Both the position numbers and the translations under genes were made by a program. Source: an uncultured delta proteobacterium (GTDB lineage: Bacteria > Myxococcota_A > Polyangia > Palsa-1104). Taken from it: a stretch of 64,000 nt of DNA. Shown here one piece after another: positions 12,517-22,162 of this stretch (the first letter of the stretch is position 1; every line of letters starts with the position of its first letter). The stretch lies in contig CAWAWS010000017.1 in the NCBI GenBank assembly GCA_963785725.1, positions 167,176 to 231,175 of the forward strand, read 5' to 3'. Under the pieces are notes generated by a model, which did not search any database, had not been told where the DNA came from, and worked only from the letters and a program-made list of their open reading frames with translations.

Positions 12517-12589
12517 ACAGCCGTTTACAATCGATAGTCGACGGAGCGCAGCGACAACGCGGCGATTGGGCCAAAAACGGCGTTTTTTT
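12515..12589 (+). terminator. Extended hairpin plus T-tract between convergent genes
   Basis: gccgttt/aaacggc and caatcg/cgattg complementary arms followed by T7. Confidence 0.4.
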
Positions 12590-13862
12590 AGTAGGTGACG
12601 CCGAAGCAGAGGTTGCCGGACGGGCAGCTCTTCGGCGCCGCGCGCGCGCCGAGCACGCCGCCGACGACGACGCCGGCCGTCGTCGCGCCCACCGCCGTCC
12701 AGAACCACCAGGTCTTGAAGAACGGCTTGCGCACGACGGGCGCCGGCGGCGGCGCGTCCTTCGTCTCCTGCAGCTCGGCGTCGTAGCTGACGTTGAGATA
12801 GAGCGACGACGCCAGCGTCGCCAGCTCCTTCTCGGCCTTGGCCAGCGGCACCGTCTTCGTCACGCGCGTCAACCGCCGCCGCGTGCGCAAGTCGTACAAG
12901 AACGTGTCGACTTTGAGCGACCCCGGCGCCGTCCCGGCCGCCAGCCGCACGAAGATCGCGTGGTCGATGAACAGGACCTCTTTCAGGTTGTCGGCGCTGG
13001 CGTCGAGCGACAGCTCGCCGAGCGAACCCTCGACCGCCGCGCGCGCTTGCTCGACGAGCAGATACTTCGTCGACCGCTCGAGCCCGATGCTCACCAGCTG
13101 CTGCTGCTTGGCCGACACTTGCGCCGGCATGACCGCCTTTTTGTAGCCTTCCTTCTTCAGCGTCACCCAATGCTCGCCGATGGTCAGCCCCTCGGCGAAC
13201 GTCGGCGTCACGCCCACGAAGCGACCGTCGACGTAGGCCTGCGCCTCGGCCGGCTCCGAGCGAATCTCGAGCGAGCCGCGCTTCTGCTTGTCGACCTCTT
13301 TGCGCACGTCCTCGAACGCCGCCAACAGCTGCGGCGGATAGCGCTGCAGATCGACCTTGTAGTCGCTGCGCCAGGTCAAGAGGCGCGCGAACGTCAGCTT
13401 GGCCGCGCGCTTGTCGCCCTGCTCGAGCTGCGCCGCGCCGAGCGCCATCATCGCGTCCGCCAGCTCCTGCTTCTTGATGTGCGGCAACACTTTCGACAGC
13501 ACCTCGACCGCTTGCGCGAGCTTCTTGATCGCGGTCGGCAGCTCCAGCGCCGTCAGCGCCTTTTGCCCTTCTTGCAGCGCCAGCCGCCCTTCGTCGATCT
13601 GCTCTTGCGGGATCTCCTGCGCGAAGTCGGCCAGCCGCGTATCGAGATCCTTCATCTCCAGGCGCGGGTTGCGCTTCAAGCCGTCGTCGAGCGCGCGCAT
13701 GACCGGGAGGGTCGACTGCTCGTCGACGCCCGGATGCGCCATCAGAAACGTCGTCACGCGCACGGTCGGCGGGCCGCTGGTCAGCTGCGCGGCCGGCTCT
13801 TCCGCGCGTGCCGCCGCGCCCAGCCCGAAGGCCACGACGAGCAGCGCGGCCGAACGCGTCAC
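12588..13862 (-). CDS. Exported TPR-like + PEGA domain protein with C-terminal hydrophobic anchor
   Basis: Signal peptide, SEPAEAQAYVDGRFVGVTP PEGA motif, KPFFKTWWFWT tail. Confidence 0.85.
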   Translation of the reverse strand: MTRSAALLVVAFGLGAAARAEEPAAQLTSGPPTVRVTTFLMAHPGVDEQSTLPVMRALDDGLKRNPRLEMKDLDTRLADFAQEIPQEQIDEGRLALQEGQKALTALELPTAIKKLAQAVEVLSKVLPHIKKQELADAMMALGAAQLEQGDKRAAKLTFARLLTWRSDYKVDLQRYPPQLLAAFEDVRKEVDKQKRGSLEIRSEPAEAQAYVDGRFVGVTPTFAEGLTIGEHWVTLKKEGYKKAVMPAQVSAKQQQLVSIGLERSTKYLLVEQARAAVEGSLGELSLDASADNLKEVLFIDHAIFVRLAAGTAPGSLKVDTFLYDLRTRRRLTRVTKTVPLAKAEKELATLASSLYLNVSYDAELQETKDAPPPAPVVRKPFFKTWWFWTAVGATTAGVVVGGVLGARAAPKSCPSGNLCFGVTY

Positions 13863-14218
13863 TTGGCCTGCGTCAGCCGCCGGATTTTGGCGGCCAAGTA
13901 GGGATCTTGCGCCGCATAGTCGCGCAACGTCTCGCGCAGCTTCGGCTCCAGATCCTTCGGCAGCGCGCCGCCGAGCTGCCGCGAAATCGCGTCTTCGATC
14001 AAGAGGTCGACCGCTTCATCGGACGTAATTTCGCCCGCGCGCAGCCGGGCCGCCACTTCGGCGATGGGATCGACCGCGCCCGTCGCGCTCGCGCCGCCGA
14101 CCGACGCGACGCCGCTCGTCGTCTCCGCCGGCGCGGCTTCGTCGAGACCGTCGACCGCCGCCGCTTCGTCGACCGCGTCGGGCGGCCGCGGACCGTCGCC
14201 TGGACCCTTGATGCGCAT
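13859..14218 (-). CDS. Hypothetical protein (119 aa)
   Basis: Plausible composition, stop overlaps next start (GTGA). Confidence 0.7.
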   Translation of the reverse strand: MRIKGPGDGPRPPDAVDEAAAVDGLDEAAPAETTSGVASVGGASATGAVDPIAEVAARLRAGEITSDEAVDLLIEDAISRQLGGALPKDLEPKLRETLRDYAAQDPYLAAKIRRLTQAK

Positions 14219-14334
14219 CCAGCGTCGACGTTACCACCGGCGTCTCGCCGACGCCAAGCGGCACGATGCGGCGGCGCCATTTTGCGAGACCTCGACCGCC
14301 GCGCGCCAAAATGCGTAAGATCTCGAACGAGAAG

Positions 14335-15078
14335 ATGATCGGTCGGTTCTTTCGCGGCATGGGCTACTTCGGACGCGCGCTCGGCTTCGCCTTCGGCCGC
14401 CGCGCACTCCTGCCGTGGGTGTTGGCGCCGGCGCTGCTGACGCTGCTGCTGACGCTCGGCGGCGCCGTCCTCGCCTGGCATTGGGTGGGCATGGTCGTCC
14501 ATTCGCGCGCCGATCACGCGAGCTCGCTGGTCGGCAGCCTCTTGTGGCTGCTCGCCGTCCTCGCCGTCGGCGCCGGCGCTTACGTCGTCTACGTCGTCGC
14601 CTGCTTGGTGACGACGGCGCCGTTCGCCGGCCTCTTGTCCGAGCGCACCGAGCAGGCAGCGACCGGCGCGCCCTTGCCATCGCCGAGCGTCGGCCACGCG
14701 CTCGGTCTGTCGCTGCGCGGCGCCGTGCACGCGGTCGTCGGCATCGCGCTCTACGTCGCCATCGCGGCGCCGCTGTTTCTGCTGCATTGGCTCGTGCCGC
14801 CGCTGGCGCCGCTGTGCTGGGTGGCGAGCGCCGTGCAGACGGCCCTGTTCTTCGCCTTCGACGGCTTCAACGAGCCGCTCCATCGTCGCGGGCTCGGCTT
14901 TGTCGCCAAATGGCGCTTCATCGGCGGTCATTTGGCCGAGTCGCTCGGCTTCGGCCTGGTGGTCGCGCTGCTCATGGCGGTGCCGCTCGTGAGCGTGCTG
15001 GTGGCGCCGCTGGCTGTCGTCGGTGGCACGCTGCTCTTCGCCGATTTGCAAGCGCCGCCGCCGCCCAGCGAGCGGTAG
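14335..15078 (+). CDS. EI24/CysZ-family membrane protein (start 14311 or 14335)
   Basis: Multiple TM segments, APFAGLLSERTE and P...VVGGTLL patterns. Confidence 0.8.
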   Translation: MIGRFFRGMGYFGRALGFAFGRRALLPWVLAPALLTLLLTLGGAVLAWHWVGMVVHSRADHASSLVGSLLWLLAVLAVGAGAYVVYVVACLVTTAPFAGLLSERTEQAATGAPLPSPSVGHALGLSLRGAVHAVVGIALYVAIAAPLFLLHWLVPPLAPLCWVASAVQTALFFAFDGFNEPLHRRGLGFVAKWRFIGGHLAESLGFGLVVALLMAVPLVSVLVAPLAVVGGTLLFADLQAPPPPSER

Positions 15079-15096
15079 CCGTGTTATAACGCGCGC

Positions 15097-15744
15097 GTGA
15101 TTCGCCTCGACGGCGTCGTCAAGCAGTACGCCAATCAGGCGGTGCTGCGCGGCATTTCCCTGTCGGTGGCCGCCGGTGAGCTCCTGTCGCTCGTCGGCCG
15201 CTCGGGCTCGGGAAAGTCGACGCTGTTGCACATCATGGGCGGTCTCGATCGTCGCTACGCCGGCCGCGCCGAAGTCCTCGGTCACGACTTGGGCGGCCTC
15301 GACGAGCGGCGGCTGGCGCAGTTCCGCAATCGCGAAGTGGGCTTCATCTTCCAGTCGTTCAACCTGCTCGACCACTTGACGGCGACGGAGAACGTCAAGC
15401 TGCCGTCCTATTTCGCCGACGGACCGGCGCCCGACGACCACCAGCAGGCGCTGGCGGCGCTCGAGCGCGTCGGCATGGCCGACAAGGCGGACGCGCGGCC
15501 GTCGCAGCTGTCGGGCGGACAGAAGCAGCGCGTGGCCATCGCGCGCGCCCTCTTTCATCAGCCGAAGCTGCTCTTGTGCGACGAGCCGACGGGCAACCTC
15601 GACTCCGACACCGGGCGGCAGATCATCGAGCTGTTTCGCGCGCTCAATCGCGAGGGCCTGACGCTCGTCATCGTCACCCACGAAGAGCGGGTCTCGTCGG
15701 TGGCGTCGCGCGTGTTGCGGCTCGAGGACGGCAGCCTCGTATGA
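15097..15744 (+). CDS. ABC transporter ATP-binding protein (LolD/MacB-like)
   Basis: GRSGSGKST, GFIFQSFNL, LSGGQKQRVAIARAL, DEPTGNLD. Confidence 0.95.
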   Translation: MIRLDGVVKQYANQAVLRGISLSVAAGELLSLVGRSGSGKSTLLHIMGGLDRRYAGRAEVLGHDLGGLDERRLAQFRNREVGFIFQSFNLLDHLTATENVKLPSYFADGPAPDDHQQALAALERVGMADKADARPSQLSGGQKQRVAIARALFHQPKLLLCDEPTGNLDSDTGRQIIELFRALNREGLTLVIVTHEERVSSVASRVLRLEDGSLV

Positions 15745-17114
15745 AGACGCGCGCGCTCTTGGCCTTGGTGCGGCAGAACTTGGCGCGCGGTCGCCGCTCG
15801 TTCCTGCTGTCGCTGTTCGGCATCAGCGTCGGCATCGCGTCGCTGGCGTTCTTCTTGGCGCTGTCGGCGGGCGTGCGCTCGGTCGTGCTCGGCCAGGTGT
15901 TTCCGGTCGGCCAAGTCGAGGTCGTGCCGACGAAGTCGTCGCTCGGCGACTCCTCGCTCGGCGGCATCTTCGGCAGCTTGGGCGGACCGAAGCAGCTCGA
16001 CGACGACGCCTGGCGCCGCCTGAGCGCGCGTCCCGAGGTCAAAGCCGCCTATCGCCGCGCCAAGCTGGGCTTTCCCTCGCGCGCCTGGGGCGGCCAAGAG
16101 ATCATCGGCAAGAACTTCTACACCGAGCTCATCGCCGAAGGCGTCGATCCGGCGGCCATGCAGGGCGACGCGCTCGGCCCCGAACGCTTCGGCGACGATC
16201 TCGGCAGCAAGAAGCCGTGCAGCGCCGACGCCGAATGCACGAACGGCGAATATTGCCCGTGGGACACGCACGCCTGCGAGCCGCCGATCCCGGCCGTCAT
16301 CTCGCCCTTCATCGTCGAGATGTACAACGGCACCATCGCGCAGCAGACGGGTCTGCCCAAAGTCGGCAAGTTCCTCGCCGGCCGTTTGCACGGGCTCACT
16401 TTCAACATCGAGCTCGGGCGCAGCTTCATCGGCGCCGCCAAGAGCAACACCGAGCCGCACCAGCGCAAGGTCATGCTCGTCGGCATCAGCCCGCACGCGG
16501 CGCAGCTGGCCTTGACGCTGCCGCTCGGCTACGTGCAGCGCTGGAATCAGCAGTACAACGGCTCGGCCGCGCTGTCGTCGATCGTGCTCGAGCTCAAGCC
16601 GGGCGCCGACGTGACGCGGCTGACGTCGGTCATTCGCGGCCTCGGCTACGACGTCGCCGACTCGGGCGCCGAGCGCGCCGGCCTGGCGATTCTGCTGGTG
16701 ACGCTGCTGTTCGCGCTCGTGTCCGTCGCCACCGTCGCCGTCGCGGCCATCAACATCGCGCACAGCTTCTTCCGCGCCGTCGCCGAACGCCGCCGCGAAT
16801 TGGGCGTCTTGCGCGCGGTCGGCGCCTCGCCGGCGGACGTGCGCAGCATCGTGCTCGCCGAAGCCGCCGCCATCGGCCTCGGCGGCGGCGTCGCCGGCCT
16901 CGTCCTGGCGCGCCTCGGTGCTTTTGCCATCGACGCCGCCTCGCGCCGCTTCGTCCCCGATTTTCCTTTCAAGCCCGACAGCTACTTTGCCTTCGGTTGG
17001 CCACTTTGCGCCGGAGCGCTTATATGTTCGATCCTCGCTTGCATGCTGGGCGCGTTCCTGCCGGCCCGGGCTGCGGCGCGGCTGGAGCCGACCGAAGCAT
17101 TGGCATCCCCATAA
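15741..17114 (+). CDS. FtsX/MacB-family ABC permease with periplasmic Cys-rich insert
   Basis: [15 protein letters not shown] and [14 protein letters not shown] motifs; ATGA overlap. Confidence 0.9.
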   Translation: MKTRALLALVRQNLARGRRSFLLSLFGISVGIASLAFFLALSAGVRSVVLGQVFPVGQVEVVPTKSSLGDSSLGGIFGSLGGPKQLDDDAWRRLSARPEVKAAYRRAKLGFPSRAWGGQEIIGKNFYTELIAEGVDPAAMQGDALGPERFGDDLGSKKPCSADAECTNGEYCPWDTHACEPPIPAVISPFIVEMYNGTIAQQTGLPKVGKFLAGRLHGLTFNIELGRSFIGAAKSNTEPHQRKVMLVGISPHAAQLALTLPLGYVQRWNQQYNGSAALSSIVLELKPGADVTRLTSVIRGLGYDVADSGAERAGLAILLVTLLFALVSVATVAVAAINIAHSFFRAVAERRRELGVLRAVGASPADVRSIVLAEAAAIGLGGGVAGLVLARLGAFAIDAASRRFVPDFPFKPDSYFAFGWPLCAGALICSILACMLGAFLPARAAARLEPTEALASP

Positions 17115-17124
17115 AGGAGAAACC

Positions 17125-17622
17125 ATGAAGAAGATTCATTTCGAGACCGACAAAGGCGAGATCATTGCCGAGCTGTTCGAAGACGACGCGCCGGAGACGG
17201 TGAAGAACTTCGTCGGCCTGGCGACGGGCGAAAAAGAGTGGAAGGACCCGAAGACGGGCGAGAAGACCAAGGGCAAGCCCTACTTCGACGGGCTGCGCTT
17301 CCATCGCGTGCTGCCCGACTTCGTCATCCAGGGCGGCGATCCGTTCACGCGCTACGACGACCAGAAGGCGCGTTGGGGCACCGGCGGTCCCGGCTTCCAG
17401 ATCAAGGACGAGCTGTCGGGCACGAAGCAGGTTCACAAGCGCGGCTCGCTGTCGATGGCGCACGCCGGCGCCAACACGGGCGGCTCGCAGTTCTTCATCT
17501 GCCACTCGCCGCAGAAGCACCTCGACAAGAAGCACACGGTGTTCGGGCAGGTCATCACCGGCCTCGAAGTCGTCGACAAGATTCAGCCCGGCGATAAAAT
17601 GATCAAAGTGTGGGTGGAGTAG
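17125..17622 (+). CDS. Cyclophilin-type peptidyl-prolyl cis-trans isomerase
   Basis: [50 protein letters not shown]. Confidence 0.96.
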   Translation: MKKIHFETDKGEIIAELFEDDAPETVKNFVGLATGEKEWKDPKTGEKTKGKPYFDGLRFHRVLPDFVIQGGDPFTRYDDQKARWGTGGPGFQIKDELSGTKQVHKRGSLSMAHAGANTGGSQFFICHSPQKHLDKKHTVFGQVITGLEVVDKIQPGDKMIKVWVE

Positions 17623-17630
17623 CGGATCCG

Positions 17631-18194
17631 ATGGCGCTGCCCGGCGACGAGCCTTTGGCCGGGCAGCGCATTTTCGTCGCGTCGCGCCTGGCGTCCGTCG
17701 AGCTCTTCGGCGCCGCCGGTCTGCGCGCCATCGGCGAGCGGCTGCCCGAAGACGCGCGCCGGCTCGTCGACAGCGCGCTCGTCGAAGAGCCGTGGCTGCC
17801 CGAGCGCTTCGTCATGGCGTGGCAAGAGGCGGTTTGGACGGGCCCGGCGCAGCTCGACGATGCCCTCTTTCGCCGATGGATTCACCAGACGATCTCGCTC
17901 GGCTTCGGTCGCGTGCGCCGCTTGCTGGTGAACTTGGTGACGCCGGCGACGCTGTGCGTGCGCGCGGCCGAGCTGTGGACCGAAGAGCACACGCACGGGT
18001 CGATCACCGCCGAGCCGCGGGGCCAAGAGGTCACCATTCGCCTGCGCGAGCATCCCTACACCGAGCGGGCGATCGCGCGCATGGTGCTGGCCGAGGGCCT
18101 GCGCCACGCGGCCAGCCTGACGCGCGCCAAGTCGGTGACCGAGACGCATCACATGGACGGCAACGTGCTCGAGGTGCGGCTGAATTGGCGCTGA
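17631..18194 (+). CDS. Hypothetical protein, possibly DUF2378/V4R-like myxobacterial family
   Basis: ~187 aa, W-x-P motif and C-terminal beta-rich ...VRLNW pattern. Confidence 0.55.
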   Translation: MALPGDEPLAGQRIFVASRLASVELFGAAGLRAIGERLPEDARRLVDSALVEEPWLPERFVMAWQEAVWTGPAQLDDALFRRWIHQTISLGFGRVRRLLVNLVTPATLCVRAAELWTEEHTHGSITAEPRGQEVTIRLREHPYTERAIARMVLAEGLRHAASLTRAKSVTETHHMDGNVLEVRLNWR

Positions 18195-18216
18195 CGCGCG
18201 CTAAGTAAACGCGCGT

Positions 18217-18780
18217 TTACTTCTTGCCGTAGCGGAAGCAGGTCGTCACGTGGTCGTTGACGAGCCCGCAGGCCTGCATCCACGCGTAGACGATGGTCGG
18301 CCCCACGAACTTGAAGCCGCGCTGTTTCAAGGCTTTCGACAGCGCCTTCGATTCGGGGCTCTCGGGACGGATGTCGGCCAGCGACTTGGGGCTGTTGACC
18401 TGCGGCTTGCCGTCGACGAAGGACCAGCAGAATTTCGCGAAGTCTTCGCCCGCCGCGTCCATCGCCAGATAGGCCTTGGCGTTGCTGATGGTCGCTTCGA
18501 TCTTGCCGCGATGGCGCACGATGCCGGCGTCGCCGAGGAGCCGCGTGACGTCGCGCGCGCCGAAGCGGGCGATCTTCTCGGGCTCGAAGCCGGCGAAGGC
18601 GCTGCGAAAGGCGTCGCGCTTGCGCAAGATCGTGATCCAGGCGAGGCCGGCCTGAAAGCCGTCGAGCATGAGCTTCTCGAAGAGCGCGCGGCCGTCGCGC
18701 TCCGGTCGGCCCCATTCGTCGTCGTGGTAAGCGGTGTAGAGCGGATCGTCGGCCGTGGCCCAAGCGCAGCGTGTTTTCAT
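18217..18780 (-). CDS. tag: DNA-3-methyladenine glycosylase I
   Basis: RCAWA, YHDDEWG, FQAGLAWITILRKR, GFKFVGPTI, GLVNDH..CF. Confidence 0.96.
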   Translation of the reverse strand: MKTRCAWATADDPLYTAYHDDEWGRPERDGRALFEKLMLDGFQAGLAWITILRKRDAFRSAFAGFEPEKIARFGARDVTRLLGDAGIVRHRGKIEATISNAKAYLAMDAAGEDFAKFCWSFVDGKPQVNSPKSLADIRPESPESKALSKALKQRGFKFVGPTIVYAWMQACGLVNDHVTTCFRYGKK

Positions 18781-20411
18781 GACCATTTTCGGCGGCGCAC
18801 GAGCCAGCAGGCGGCCGCGAGGAGGGCGAGCTCGGCGGCGGCGGACGCGCTCGCGCCGCCGGCGCTGCAGTCGAGCCCGCGGTTGACGGCGCCGCCGACG
18901 AACGTCGACGTGCCGTTGACGCTGGACGGCGCCAAGAGCGAGCGCACGTTGCTGCCGTCGCGGCTGGCGATCATCAAGCCGCCGCCGCTGGGCACGTCGT
19001 TGGCGGCGAGCTGCGTCCACAAGATCTGCTTGCCGTTGGCGACCCAGATGGGGCCGAGGTCGTCGACGCCGGGCGCCGAGCCGATGAAGCGCGAAGGCTG
19101 CACGCTGCCGTCGACGGGCACGAGGAAGATGTCGCTCGTCGTGCCGTCGGTCTCGATCGCGGCCAACGCCAGCGTGTTGCCGTCGGGCGACGGGGCAAAG
19201 TCCCAGGCGAAGCTGCCGACCGGCTCGGCCGCCAGCGTCGTCGCCGCCGTCGTCGAGCAGCTGTTGCCGGCCAGGCGGTAGAGCTCGATGGCGCCGGCGG
19301 GGTTGGAGAAACGGCTGTGCACGCCGCCCGACACAATCCAGCTGGTGCCCACTCGGTCGAACTGCGTGATGACGCCGAGCGAGGTCGCGTCGGTCGCTTG
19401 CGGGCAGTCGACGAGCATGGCCCGCAAGCTGTCGTTGCTGCCGTCGCCGTTGTCGAGGTCGGGCGCCGAGACCAGCTGCAGCTCCGGCGTGTCCGTCGTC
19501 GACGCGTTCTCGACCCAGGCGACGGTGGTGCCGTCGAGCCAAACGGGCGGCTCGCGCTCGAGCGCCGCCGCGCTGCGCAGCACATGACGCGCGCTGCCGT
19601 CGACGCCGGCGGTCACGAGCGCCGCCGGCTGGCCGCCTTCGATCCAGGCCACGCGCGTGCCGTCGGGCGAGAAGCGCGGCACCAAATGATCGAGCGTCGG
19701 CGTCGTGTCGAGCCGCACCGGCGGCGCCGTCGTGCAATCGCCGCTCGCGTTGGTCGCCAGCAGCTGCTTGGAGGCCGGCGAAACCTGCGCGAATACGGCC
19801 AGCGGCTCGACGTTGCCCATGGGCGTCGCCGGGTAGAAGACGCGTGTGCCGACGCCTTCCGGATTGTCACCGTAGTAGGTCTTGTTGCCGGCGCCGGCGT
19901 CGCCTTTGTCGGCGATGAGGACCGGGCAGCCGACGGCGTGCGCGCCGGTGCCGTCGGACTGCACGACGCCGAGGACGAAGCTGTCGCCGCCGGCCGCGAA
20001 CGTCTCCTGCCGATAAAAGACGGGCAGCGTCGGCACGGTGACCGTCGCCGTCGTCATGCTGGTGGCGCCGCTCGGCGTCGTGACCGTCAGCGCCACCGTG
20101 TAATCGCCGCCGCGATCGCCGACGAACGTGAACGTCGGGTTGCTGCCGCCGCCCGTCACCATCGAGCCGCTCGGCGTCGCGACGACGCTCCAGGCGTAGG
20201 TGAGCGCGCGGCCGGCCGGATCGCTCGATCCCGAGCCGTCGAGCGCCGTCACCAAGCCGACATAATCGGGCGTGCTGGTAACGAGGGCGACGGGCAGCAC
20301 GTTGGCGCCGACGTCGCCGCCGCCGGCGCCGCTGCCGCCCGGCGCGTGCTGGGCCGACGAGCTGTTGCATCCGATCGCCGCTAAAGGCAGGAGCCAACAC
20401 CAAATTCGCAT
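18777..20411 (-). CDS. Surface lipoprotein: PKD/Ig-like domain + TolB-like propeller + MYXO-CTERM
   Basis: Lipobox-like AIGC, LDGSGSSDP...YAW PKD pattern, PRFSPDG/PSPDG repeats, C-terminal CSAGG-hydrophobic-RRRK. Confidence 0.82.
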   Translation of the reverse strand: MRIWCWLLPLAAIGCNSSSAQHAPGGSGAGGGDVGANVLPVALVTSTPDYVGLVTALDGSGSSDPAGRALTYAWSVVATPSGSMVTGGGSNPTFTFVGDRGGDYTVALTVTTPSGATSMTTATVTVPTLPVFYRQETFAAGGDSFVLGVVQSDGTGAHAVGCPVLIADKGDAGAGNKTYYGDNPEGVGTRVFYPATPMGNVEPLAVFAQVSPASKQLLATNASGDCTTAPPVRLDTTPTLDHLVPRFSPDGTRVAWIEGGQPAALVTAGVDGSARHVLRSAAALEREPPVWLDGTTVAWVENASTTDTPELQLVSAPDLDNGDGSNDSLRAMLVDCPQATDATSLGVITQFDRVGTSWIVSGGVHSRFSNPAGAIELYRLAGNSCSTTAATTLAAEPVGSFAWDFAPSPDGNTLALAAIETDGTTSDIFLVPVDGSVQPSRFIGSAPGVDDLGPIWVANGKQILWTQLAANDVPSGGGLMIASRDGSNVRSLLAPSSVNGTSTFVGGAVNRGLDCSAGGASASAAAELALLAAACWLVRRRKWS

Positions 20412-20458
20412 TGCCGCGCCATTGTATCATCTGCGGCGCGAATTATTTTTGCGGGCGC

Positions 20459-20485
20459 TGTCGATCCGGACCGCCTTCGTTCGAC
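20459..20485 (+). promoter_or_regulatory. Putative ECF42-type promoter upstream of the DGPF gene
   Basis: TGTCGA-N17-CGAC resembles the ECF42 target motif. Confidence 0.6.
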
Positions 20486-20519
20486 TAAGCAGCAGACACT
20501 CACCAACCGGGAGGCCACC

Positions 20520-20876
20520 ATGCAGTACTTGCTGTTGATCTACGAGAACGAGAAGCGTTGGGGCGACATGTCCGAGGCCAAGCGCAACGGCGAAATGGCC
20601 GAATATGGGACGTTTACGCAGTCGATCATCGACTCCAAGGAGATGCTGGGCGGCAACGCGCTGCAGCCGACGACGACGGCGACGACCGTGCGCGTGCGCG
20701 ACGGCAAGCGGCTGACGACGGATGGTCCGTTCGCCGAGACCAAGGAGCAGCTGGGCGGCTATTACCTCATCGAAGCCAAGGATCTGGACGCCGCCATCGC
20801 CGTCGCGGCGCGGATTCCGTCGGCGCGGGCGGGCGCGATCGAGATTCGGCCGATCATGGACACGACCGGCATGTAG
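20520..20876 (+). CDS. YciI/DGPF-family protein
   Basis: TDGPFAETKEQLGGYYLIE, IEIRP; GGAGG RBS. Confidence 0.95.
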   Translation: MQYLLLIYENEKRWGDMSEAKRNGEMAEYGTFTQSIIDSKEMLGGNALQPTTTATTVRVRDGKRLTTDGPFAETKEQLGGYYLIEAKDLDAAIAVAARIPSARAGAIEIRPIMDTTGM

Positions 20877-20905
20877 CTGCCTCTCAGTCGGGCTACGATC
20901 TACGC

Positions 20906-22162
20906 GTGATGACGGCGAGCCCGGAAGCGGCGGCGCAAGCGGTCGAGCGGCTGTGGCGGCAAGAGTGGGGACGCATCGTCGCCGCGCTCATTCGGCTCGT
21001 CGGTGACTTCGACGTGGCCGAGGAGGCGGCGCAAGAGGCGTTCGCGCTCGCCGTCGACGAGTGGGCGCGCGCCGGCGTGCCGACGCAGCCGCGCGCGTGG
21101 ATCGTGGCCACGGCGCGTCATAAAGCGATCGATCGCCTGCGCCGGCGCGCGCGGCTGGCGCAGAAGCTGACGACGATCGCCGTCGGCGACGAGGACGAAG
21201 CCGCTTTCGATCCCGAACGGGCGGAGGATGACGTGCCCGACGAGCGCTTGCGGCTGATCTTCACCTGCTGCCACCCGGCGTTGGCGCTCGAAGCCCAAGT
21301 GGCGCTGACGCTGCGGACGTTGTGCGGCCTGTCGACGGAGGAGATCGCGCGCGCGTTCCTCTTGCCGGCGACGACGATGGCGCAGCGGCTGGTGCGCGCC
21401 AAAGCCAAGATTCGCCAGGCGGCCATTCCCTATCGCGTGCCGGCGGCGGCGGAGCTGCCGGAGCGGCTGGACGCGGTCATGGCGGTCGTCTACCTGGCGT
21501 TCAACGAGGGTTTCGCGGCCGCGCAGGGGCAGACGCTGCTGCGGCAGGACTTATGCGCGGAGGCGATTCGGCTCGCCCGCTGGCTGCGTCTGCTCCTGCC
21601 GGCGACGACGCCCGAGCTCGACGGCCTTTTGGCGCTCATGCTGCTGCACGACGCCCGCCGGCTCGCCCGCGTCGACGCGGCCGGCGACCTGGTGCTGCTC
21701 GAGGAGCAAGATCGCAGCCTGTGGGATCGCGCCGCCATCGACGAAGGGCGCACGATCTTGCGCGCGGCGCTGACGCTCGGTCGTCCCGGGCCCTATCTGC
21801 TGCAGGCGGCGATCGCGGCCGTGCACGGCGAGGCGACGCGCGCCGCCGACACCGACTGGCGCCAGATCGTCGCGCTCTACGATCGGCTGCTGCAGCTGCA
21901 TCCGTCGCCGGTGGTCGCGCTCAATCGCGCCGCCGCCGTCGCCATGGCCGAAGGCGCCGCGGTCGGCCTGCCGCTCGTCGATGTGCTGGCCGATTCGCTG
22001 GCCGATTACCACCTGTTTCACGCGGCGCGCGCCGACCTGCTGCGCCGCCTCCATCGCCTGGACGAGGCCGCGAACGCCTACGAAGCCGCGCACATGCGCG
22101 CGACGAACGAGGCCGAGCGCCGCTTCTTGCAGCGCCGGCTCACTTCGCTGCGGGCGCCGTAG
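20906..22162 (+). CDS. ECF sigma factor with C-terminal TPR-like extension (ECF42 type)
   Basis: DERLRLIFTCCHPAL, MAQRLVRAK, GPYLLQAAIAAVH, SPVVALNRA; adjacent DGPF gene. Confidence 0.92.
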   Translation: MMTASPEAAAQAVERLWRQEWGRIVAALIRLVGDFDVAEEAAQEAFALAVDEWARAGVPTQPRAWIVATARHKAIDRLRRRARLAQKLTTIAVGDEDEAAFDPERAEDDVPDERLRLIFTCCHPALALEAQVALTLRTLCGLSTEEIARAFLLPATTMAQRLVRAKAKIRQAAIPYRVPAAAELPERLDAVMAVVYLAFNEGFAAAQGQTLLRQDLCAEAIRLARWLRLLLPATTPELDGLLALMLLHDARRLARVDAAGDLVLLEEQDRSLWDRAAIDEGRTILRAALTLGRPGPYLLQAAIAAVHGEATRAADTDWRQIVALYDRLLQLHPSPVVALNRAAAVAMAEGAAVGLPLVDVLADSLADYHLFHAARADLLRRLHRLDEAANAYEAAHMRATNEAERRFLQRRLTSLRAP

